From Chrysomallon squamiferum (taxonomy: Eukaryota; Animalia; Mollusca), in contig CM022665.1 of assembly GCA_012295275.1 (NCBI GenBank), positions 13,640,001 through 13,704,000 of the forward strand: 64,000 nucleotides of DNA, in the 5' to 3' direction. The position numbers and the translations under genes are program-made. Below, piece after piece: positions 54,288 to 64,000 of the stretch (positions are counted from its first letter, which is position 1; every line of letters starts with the position of its first letter). The notes beneath the pieces were generated by a model that saw only the letters and a program-made list of their open reading frames with translations, was not told the origin of the DNA and searched no databases.

Positions 54288-54532
54288 GTAAAGGAATTTA
54301 TTTGTGGTTTCTAACCATAGATTTATTATGCATAAAGAACTCAACACTAATATGTTGTTGTCTGCTTTCAGCATTATAAAAAGGATATATTTTCCGACAT
54401 ATTGTGCGTAGGTCGGGCCAGAAAAGAGAAGTTGAGCTGTGATGCGCTCTGAGGATCAATAGATTCGTAATCATATCGGCTACGTCAGTGAGGCTAACTC
54501 ATTTATCACTGACGTCATTGCTATCCCACAAC

Positions 54533-55241
54533 ATGTCTCAGGCTGCGACAAGTAAATGTGAACAAAAAATGGAGTCACGACAAAAATCTGGGTCATTTAG
54601 TAGCAGATCGTCCGAGGATTTTTCCGAAACAAGTTTCGATGGTGAGAGTGACGGTCTGGTGGGGTCTGCGACACATCATCTTGTCCTATTCGCGATGACG
54701 AAGGGACATACTAGGACCACACTCACGCGTATGCCTCCGGCTCAGTTGGCAGAATTTCTTCGCGAATTCTACGGAAAAGTCAGGGCTAAATTAGACGACA
54801 GTTCACCCGCTTTACGTGACATTCGGTTAGGTCTTCACAAATACTTTCTAAAAGAAGCAGGATTCGATATTATTAAGGATCGAACGTTTTATAGTGCTAA
54901 TGCCAGCTACGAAATGGCAGTACGAATGGGACCCAGAAAATGTCATCGTCTGAGAATTGAAATGGATGACTTGCAGCAACTTTATTTGAGTGACGCAATG
55001 AATGTAAACAATCCAGAATCGTTACAGAATAAAGTATTTTTCGATATAAACTTGTACATTCTGAACAGAGGTAAAGAATGTCTGCGAGTTATGACCAAAA
55101 CGGATTTCGAAATCGCAACGGATGAATCGGGAAACAAATTCGTTTGGCTGAAATATCACCCGAAATTTAACTTGCACGAAAAAGGTGGATACGGTGACAT
55201 CAAAGGAAAACAGCTTGGTGAAAAAATGTTTGAGAGACCAG
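54533..55241 (+). CDS. DUF3504/Crypton tyrosine-recombinase-derived protein (KCTD1-N/KIAA1958/QRICH1/ZMYM-like), coding exon 1
   Basis: LAEFLREFYGKVR...LRDIRLGLHKY...DIIKDRTFYSAN...PESLQNKVFFDINLYILNRGKECLRVMTKTDF...MFERP; G|gtaaat donor. Confidence 0.88.
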
Positions 55242-55303
55242 GTAAATATTCATTTGATGATAATCAGTATTTTAAATTCTGTACTTAAGTAAAATGTTTC
55301 AAT

Positions 55304-55402
<99 letters not shown>

Positions 55403-55455
55403 GTCTTTTTTGTGTGTGTGTGTGTGTGTGTGTGACAGTGTGTGTGACAGTGTGT
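55304..55455. repeat. (CT)n followed by (TG)n compound microsatellite
   Basis: Direct reading. Confidence 0.95.
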
Positions 55456-56879
55456 AATTTGCTGAACACTGGAGCATATAAACCTAAAAGTGTGAACATA
55501 TTTTTTTCCATGAAAAGATATTTTTTTTTTGTAACTGAAACAAGTGAAAAGATGGGATTTCCCCAAGTAAAGTTACATAATCAGCTAAAGCTTTAAAATG
55601 AGTATTAAGTTTTTTCAGGCTTTTTCCTCATTGGCTTTATTATTTAATATTTGAATATTAAACCCTTATTTAATAAACTTTTAATAGTGTATCATTATAA
55701 TTTTATTACATATTTCTAAAACTAATATTGTCTAATGCTTTATTTAACTTCTTAAATTTAAATATAACTATTTTGTTGTGTAACATTTAATGTCTAATTC
55801 AAATTTTAATTTATTAAAAGTGCTATTTAAATGTTTTTCAATTTATATATTCCTGTGTTTGCTATATTAGATATAGATATATATATATATCTTAATATTA
55901 TGGTCTTCAGTCTTTAACAGGATGATAAATAAGGATCAAAAACACATCTTGAAATCATAATTTTTTTAATTTGTACAAAAATTGCAAAATATTTATAATG
56001 TAATTCTAATTTGTTATGTGCAGTCTTTGAATTGGTCTCATACTGATTACTTGACTTGAAAAAATTAGATTTTTTTTCACCATGAATGTTGTTTTTGCAC
56101 CATTTTTGACTGTGTCAACAACAACAATGAATTTTCTTTTCTAAAAAAAAAAAATAATTATATTAATAATAATAATAAAAAAAAATCAAATTAAAATGAA
56201 GTGACATAGCTGGGGTGGTTATGAAGTAGGACTAATAATTGAGAAAATAATTTGACATCAATCTCAAAGATCTTTAAGTTGATGGCAGAGCTGATATGTA
56301 AGCAATTATATTTATAACTAATAAATTGGTTTTTGGCATTTTTGTCTATAGGAACTTGATATATTTTACATACCTGAAGATAAATGGCTTCTTGCTAATG
56401 TCATTTGCCACTTGTGTCAGATCACGAATATAAAAAATGACCATATTTTTTTTTAATTTAATTTTTATTATAATTGTTTGTGTTTTTTGTTTTTAATGTT
56501 TTTTTTTTTTTTTTTTTATGTCATTGTTAGAGTAAAATTGTGATATTTAGCTAGTTGCAATAGAAATAATAAGTAATAAAATAAAAGTTTATCATTCATA
56601 AAATATTAATGATAGTTTTAAGTATGATGTAGCATAATAGGATATTTAAAAAGCATTATATCAATAACCAACATATGAAAAGAACATATTTTAATTTTGT
56701 TGTTGTTGTTGTAAATTTTCAAATAAAATGGCAAGCTATCCTCTGATTTAAAAAGCCTTCTACCAAACGTTTATGTTTGTATATAATTGTAATATGTGAA
56801 CTGATTTGTATAGTGTATGCATGTACTTAAAGACAATGTTTTACACTGTGATATTCTTTCTTTCAGAAATATGTTAAGC

Positions 56880-56880
<1 letters not shown>

Positions 56881-56953
<73 letters not shown>
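56881..56953. repeat. (ACTA)n tetranucleotide microsatellite
   Basis: Direct reading. Confidence 0.95.
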
Positions 56954-59120
56954 AAATAATAATAATAATAACTAAAATGTGGTTAGTAATAATAATAAAA
57001 CATGCATTTGCTCATCATAATAAATTTTTAAAAGTGTTAAAAAATTTAAATAAAAAACACTGCTGGCACTAAGTGGAAATTCTTCAATTATTTGGAAAAT
57101 AGGTTGCATTATACCGTTAGATACATGAATGAATTAATGTATTTTGTTTTCTACCAAAATACTTATTCATTTCCTTTTACACAAGTATTTGCAAAAAGTA
57201 AATCTGACAGTAATACAAGCTGATAAAGATGCCTGGATTATAGCACTTTGTCTTTAATGGTTATATATACATTTACATTATATAAAATTACATACTCAAT
57301 GTAAATTCATTAAATTATGTAAGTGTCTTAATATTAATTAAATGATATGTTATAGTAGGTACCATGTTATTTAGCATTAGAATAAGCTATAAAATTATTT
57401 AATATGTGAAATGTGATTATTCAGTTTAAAGTGATAGTGTATGTTAAATTAATTTTTAAGGCAATTTTTTTTCATGACTTCTGTATTTAGTAGCTTTATT
57501 TGTTGAAATCAGTTTTGTTATTTTATTTTAAATATAGATTTGCCAGTTAATATATTTTATTTTTCTTGGATTTAAGTAAAGAATATATTTTTCTCTTACA
57601 AAGTCAGATTTCAGTTAATGTGTTACAGTATACAAGTTTTGGCAAAATTATGGTACTAAGTATGTTAATTGTTTCAATGTATAATTGTCACAGATACAAA
57701 ATTTTGTATCAGAATAACTGACAGATCATGCATGTATCTGTGTGTGCACAGGCTGTTACATTGTGAAAAACACTAATCTCTCTCAGGGTGATAGTTAAGA
57801 CCATACAAAATTGTATGTGTTTGCATATATGTGTGTATGTTTTCGTGCATTTATGTGTGCATATGGGTTTCTATGAATAGTTAGAATGAAATGGACTTTT
57901 CTTGCTCAACAAGGAGGATCTAAATACCAGTCCTCATCACCAAAACCATTACATAACTTTCCATTCCAGTAATATGGTGTTAAATAGCCATCAGTATGAA
58001 AAGATACATTGTTACATGTTATTAAAGAAAAAGAATAAAAATTCAAATAAATAAACACATTGGGGGACCTCTAATATAGATCAGTACAAGCTCCAGTACT
58101 GCAAAGTATCTCTGTATGAAGATCCTTGAGATGTCAGTGATAAACATTACCTGATATTTTGTTTGTGTATTTTCATCAGTCAGTCAGTCCCCCGTGCATT
58201 TCCAGAAAACAGAAGCAACAATCCATTCCATCATAAAGTGAGAGCTTGCTAGATGCATGAGATTATTGCGCAGGAATTGTTCATAAATGACACATGCTTT
58301 AGTTCTGTTTGAACAATTGGTACTTAGGCACACACATATGATTGAGAAATTCCCCACTGCTGTGTTGTCTTTGCCATTACTTGTGTTTGTACATGACAAG
58401 TTTTAGAATTGAACCACCTGTTCTGATCAGTCATATATGGAAGAAGTTTCCTATACCATGTGCAGAAACAGAAAATAGCTTAAAACCTATTGATTAGAGG
58501 TGAATTTGAATGTTATATCATTCCTTAGATGCTAGTAAGTAACGGTGTCTACATTTTGATGTCTTCTGCATCAAAGGATATAATCAGAGAATAATCTGTT
58601 GTCTTCCTGATAAAATAACAGTGAAATCCTAAACTTGCTATCAAAGGATATTTGAATCCTGCTACAAATCTTGCAAATGAGTGAAAACAAAGCAAGTCTG
58701 TACTTGGTGCAGTGATACTGGAAGTAACAGGTGAACCAGATGACTGACTCTTTTGAAAATGTTTCATTTGTTTTGTAACTATTGAGCTACATGTCTATAT
58801 TAGTGTATCAAAGTGAAAAATTATGTTTTCTCATTGAATGGAAAAATTTAATGGGGTCAGAGTTTGCATAATTAATACTTTGAAAATAAGGATCACCCTA
58901 GTGCACTTAAATCAGCATGGAAAATAACTTCAATGACATTAGATATGGCTAAATTGGTATGATTATAGGTATATCTTTGCATATATGTCTAAATTCATGG
59001 ATAAATGTAATTTGGTTTTTGTCTCGTTGAAAAGTGCATTTAATTTCATTTTTAAATAAGTGTATTATTTTCGTTAACAAAGAAAAAAACAATTCCTTAA
59101 TTACATTTTATTTACTTCAG

Positions 59121-59522
59121 GTGATCCAAGATGTCCAGTTTTATCATTTGTTAAATACATGGCTCATCTTCATCCAATGACAGATGCATTTTGGCAGAGA
59201 CCAAAACGAAATGTTAGTGATGCTGACTATGTTTGGTATGACAACACCTCCCTTGGCAATTCTACTCTTAGTAAAATAATGCAGAGGATGTGCATCCATG
59301 CAGGACTTAAAGAAAACTACACCAATCACTCAATTCGTTCATCATACATTCCTTTAATTGAAACAATATGTCAGGACACACTGAACTCTGGAAAGTCATC
59401 GGCAATGCCACCCCCATTGGTGACACAAACTAATTCAGTTGCTGATGATGATGGATCATCAAATGAGACAGAATCACGTGATGGTGATCATGAAGAAGAT
59501 AATGGTGATGACCAGTCAGTTG
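59121..59522 (+). CDS. DUF3504 protein, coding exon 2
   Basis: GDPRCPVLSFVKYMAHLHPMTDAFWQRPK...VWYDNTSLGNSTLSKIMQRMCIHAGLKENYTNHSIR, the DUF3504 core. Confidence 0.9.
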
Positions 59523-60850
59523 GTATGAATTTACCCATGTTATTTTATTTTATTTTTAAAATCAGTACTTAAATTTTATTTTATAGCTGTTGTTGTAAAC
59601 ATTATGTATGTATTTTTATTTTATTTTATTATTATTATTTTTTTTTTTGGTTACTATAGTATTTCAGGGATTTGTTTTTATAAAAGACATTATTTTTTTT
59701 CAGAAATGATAAGTACTGACAGTCTTGTTTGAGAAATATCAAAATCACATAATTACTCACCAAACATTTCATAAAATTTTGGGTTGTATTTAAATGATAC
59801 TATTCTTGTTATTGTAAAGAAAATATACTATATATCACTGCTCTTGTGAAAAAAAATATACAATAAATATTGAGAAAAGAATATAATTGTAGCTTATGAC
59901 TAACAGTTGTACAATTATTTATAAACATCCATTCCTTGCATTCATCACATATAACAACATTTCTATATATCAACTTCTGACCAAAACAATCAAACATGAT
60001 ATAATAAAAATAGCAACAGTCTAAGAAACTATTAAGGCTACAAGATAAATGTGCTAATCACATTTCCTTGAAGCTTTTCAGTCTTCAACTGGTACATTAT
60101 AGTTCTATTAGAATGCACACAATAATATTATAATATTATAAAGTCATAATTTTAGCTAGTTTTTTTCTTTTAGATGCCCAATCATAACTCTACTCCATAA
60201 TTTGTTCTAGCTCATTTTTGTGATATTATAGCTGGGTTTTGTTGTAACAGCAATAATTAGTTTTATTACAAATGTATCTGTACTATTACTAATACTATCA
60301 CTGACATCATCATCACAGATTTAAAAGCAGGAATAAAAAGTTACCTTTAAACACAAGATTATCAGTAAGGGTTATTGTTCTTGTTATTATATATATATAT
60401 ACAAATTTTAATTTTAAAATCTATTTGAAAAGCTGTATTCAAATGCAAAAGGGAACTTAGGAGTATGTTTGGAGGCTTGGAGAATTGAAATTATAATATA
60501 ATTTACATAATTTAAATTAGTTTGTATTACTAATTAGTACATAGACAGTTACATCAACAGATATGATAGAGAAATTGAATAATGTATAAATATAATAAAA
60601 TATTTTCTGTTAAATTTGTTAACTAAACCTCTAAATTTCTTTTTGCTAATTTAATTATGTATTTATATATTTAAAAAAATGTTTGGAAAAGTAGACATTT
60701 TTGTCTTGCAAAACAAGCAAAGGTTATTGATAGTGTTTAATCAAAAATCATTTATAAGTCAGGTTTTAAAAAAAATGTTACTTACGATTTTCAGATTATA
60801 TTTATATTTTATTGTAGTTTATTTTAATAAAGAGAAATCCCCCTTTTCAG

Positions 60851-60964
60851 GTTTGCAAGCAGCAAAGCTAAAAGTACTTCAGTTGTTGAGGAATTTGTTG
60901 GTCAAAGACATACAAAAATTTGCTGATTGGCTTAAAACAGTTCGTGTTGAGCATAGATCTGGAG
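60851..60964 (+). CDS. DUF3504 protein, coding exon 3
   Basis: LQAAKLKVLQLLRNLLVKDIQKFADWLKTVRVEHRSG; ttttcag/gtaaga sites; symmetric phase-1 exon. Confidence 0.75.
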
Positions 60965-61243
60965 GTAAGAAGGAAAAAATACTATTTTTAATATAAATAT
61001 TAGTCTAAAAATATTGGGCCGATGACAGTAATTTTAATCAAGTGTAAGTTTGATAAAAAAATTTTTATTTAAATACATGCTGACACAAATCATTCTAAAA
61101 TGATTCAGAAAATACCAGACTTTCTTTGCTCTCAGAACTTGATTCATACCCTGCATCCATGCATATTTACAAGCACACAAATGCACTCACAGTGTTTCCA
61201 TTAAACACACCATACATAATTAATTTTTGTGACTGATAGATGA

Positions 61244-61274
<31 letters not shown>

Positions 61275-61304
61275 AATATATATCTTTTTTTTTTTTTTTT
61301 TCAG

Positions 61305-62269
61305 AGCTGATAGTTCTTTGCAGTCCAGTAAACCAGACATCAGTAGACCTAGCAGATGAATGTTCATCAGGTGACAAATCTGACCATACATTGTCTAGTA
61401 AAAAGATCTGTAGCCTGGCTGGAATGCATGACAAAATCAGACAGAATGGGAAAAGTGGAAGTTTTTCATCCACATCTTCAGGTTCTAGCTGCAGTATGGA
61501 CATTGGTGGAAATAACTTTCATAGTGACAGAAACCATTCACTATATGTCAGAGAGGGAGTTTCAGTGAAGAATGTTGAGTTTGATTCAATTGCTGGAACT
61601 TCTTGCTCAACTAATGATTCATGTCCTTTCAAGCTTACCATTCCAGCACAGGATACACTTTTAATGACTGGGATCACTGACAACATGCAGATTCTCCTGC
61701 ATAAGAAAACAAATGAGTCACAGGAAAAAGAATTACTTTCTCACCGCATTTTTTACTCAGAAAACGAAATGGACATTGCCACAATTTTAGGTTCTTGTGA
61801 TAGTCAAAAGGCCAGGCATGATTCAGACTTGTTGACTGGCAAGCAGACCAAACATGCTATTAAAAAAACTACTGTAATGCAAAAAGTAGGAGGCAAATAT
61901 GATACCTGCATCAAATTGGATGCTGGCTCACAGAAGCAAACCCAAGTTGTTAATGAGAAGAAAAATAGCCACCAGGCCATGAAATTAAATCCTTGTTTGA
62001 AGAGACAGGCTAGAATTGAAGGAGGTGATAACCAAACTGATATTACTTTACCAAAGCGCTTTTGCAAGAGCAACAGTGATGTGACAACAAGTTGTGGAAG
62101 CACTCGAATACAGTCTGTACCCACAGGATCACTGGACACACCCAACTACACACGTTCTTTTGATTTCAGTGATGAATCAATAATGTCATCACCACTGATG
62201 AAGAAAAAGAGGGTCACATTTGGCAGTGATGCACAAAACATGTCAGTGAAAAGAGAATCAGTTTTGTGA
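61305..62269 (+). CDS. DUF3504 protein, last coding exon (Ser-rich tail, NLS/RVxF)
   Basis: poly-T cag acceptor, in frame with ORF 61391-62269; the four exons total 2190 nt = 729 aa plus stop. Confidence 0.78.
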
Positions 62270-64000
62270 TTGCTTATCATTAAAAACTAATTCACATTTT
62301 GGGTGGATTTGTTTTTAATTTAAAAAAGAAATTTATAATTGTTGGAGACTGTCCGAGAATGTGATATCTCTAAAATAGAGGTTGATTTTCTTTTGAAATT
62401 CCATTTTTATTATATTATTTGTCTCCAGCTTTTATTAATACTAAATGATTGTTTATTTTCAGGATGACAACATTTTGTTTGTCACAGATTTTGTTTTTAG
62501 TGTGGCTTCCTTTCAGTAGATGTACGTACTGAAATTGATCATTGTATTCAGATTCTTGGTCATTACAATCTCTGTTGCACATCTAACTTTGTGAAATAAA
62601 TCATGGCAGATAGTAAAATGTATCTCGTGTTGCAATTTTCAACAAGTCAAACATTACAGATTTTGTTTGGGTTTTTTTTAAAACATTTTTGGATACTATT
62701 GTACAGTCATGTAAATAAGATATGTTAAAATGTAGCATTCATTTCAAGTCATAGTTCATAATCTTCAGCTTTCATCTATATAATTTGTATTCATTTAACA
62801 GGATTTTTTCTTTAAATTGTTTTTGGACCAAATGACTGAGTTAAAATTTTCATCACACTCACAAACAAATATGTCAAATGTAATATAAACTAGTCTGCAG
62901 CATTGTTTTAAATATATATATATATATATATATATAGTTTGTATATAATGCTTGTGTGTATATATATGTATGTGTACACATATATAAAGTTTGGGAACTT
63001 GGGACAGTTGTGCAATTTTAAATGCACATTTTAAAAATGTGGAATTTTAAGGAATGTTTTGAAAGGTGCTGATTTTCAGAAATCACATCTAAATGATCTG
63101 TATGCAAGAACATCACTGTTCAAATTGTTAATGGATTTTTAAGTTTTTATTGCTGTTGCTCATACAGGTGTATGTGTGTTTTAATTTGTTTTAAATACAG
63201 AAATATTCAGAGATTGTTTCTTACAACAGTATTTAAATTATTATTTGATACAGTTTGCAAGTATATGTATTTAAATTTTATAATAATCAGTTCTTTTTTT
63301 CTTTTTCTTTTTTTACACCTGATATTATTTGCAGATTATTATCTGAAATACTATCTAGACAGTTATTAAGATTAATATATTTTTCACAGTTTATATGATA
63401 TTTTAGTATAAGGCCTAATCATAATTTTTGTTTTTATCATTATTATTTTGTAACATTTATTATTTTATTATTCATTTTAACATCTACTTGTCATTAATTA
63501 TGTGAATAATGCTTTACATTATATTAATAGTAACTATAATTATAGTTTAAACAGAAATGTTTAATGTAATATTGTATGTCTTTAATCGGTTTACCATGTT
63601 CATTTGAAAATTATAATATTCATGTTTGGGAATTGTAATTAATTACTACATTTTCACAATCGTATGAATTACATGAGTTAGAGAAAAGCATATAATAATG
63701 TAGTTACTAATTATATAACTATATATCCTCAGTCTTATATTTTCTTTCTCTGTCTTCTAAAATGTCAACAAATCACCTATGCAAATAAAAAGTAAAAAAT
63801 CAGTCTATATCCCTATTTGACATGTATTACTGACACAAAGACAGCCTATATATTCAGGCTCATGTGTGAAATTTCTGGTACGGTGTTTTTTATTTATCGT
63901 GGTAACCCTTAGTAAATACCCAACTAACCAGGATTTTAAACAACTATCTACCACCACTATGATTTATTTAGATTAATGTTTTAAAAATGACTTCCAGTGA

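Noticed and set aside
55250-55596. ORFs with (ER)n or (SL)n runs, also at 1113-1349 and 36617-36811
   Set aside because: (CT/AG)n microsatellite artefacts
54533-59522. DUF3504 gene as an active Crypton transposon
   Set aside because: The catalytic His/Tyr box after HSIR is missing, introns are long and host-like, the C-terminal extension is long, and no element ends were seen
62267-62290. Readthrough at the other stops (DUF3504 gene TGA-TTG, GPATCH11 TAG-AAG, orphan TGA-TTA)
   Set aside because: Non-permissive contexts with short downstream frames

Overview
AT-rich, intron-rich, microsatellite-dense metazoan genomic DNA; invertebrate, and probably mollusc or cephalopod (an inference from sequence style, not tested). 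Four protein-coding genes were assembled by hand from GT-AG exons. (1) PTK7/off-track receptor pseudokinase, + strand, 13 exons at 4622-29570; its 5' exons lie upstream of the window. (2) An unrecognised small acidic gene on the - strand, about 37247-36355. (3) GPATCH11, - strand, 6 exons at 52192-40205, 283 aa. (4) Head-to-head with GPATCH11, a spliced DUF3504/Crypton tyrosine-recombinase-derived gene, + strand, 4 coding exons at 54533-62269, 729 aa. The window also holds Tigger/pogo and hAT transposase relics and several MITEs. The strongest signal is the PTK7 stop codon, which sits in the canonical readthrough context TGA-CTAG and is followed by an open 33-codon extension carrying a YxxM motif and a PDZ-ligand-like C-terminus. 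Other highlights: the Crypton-derived protein has lost its catalytic His/Tyr box and carries a C-terminal PP1-docking RVxF motif, and one PTK7 Ig domain has lost both canonical cysteines.
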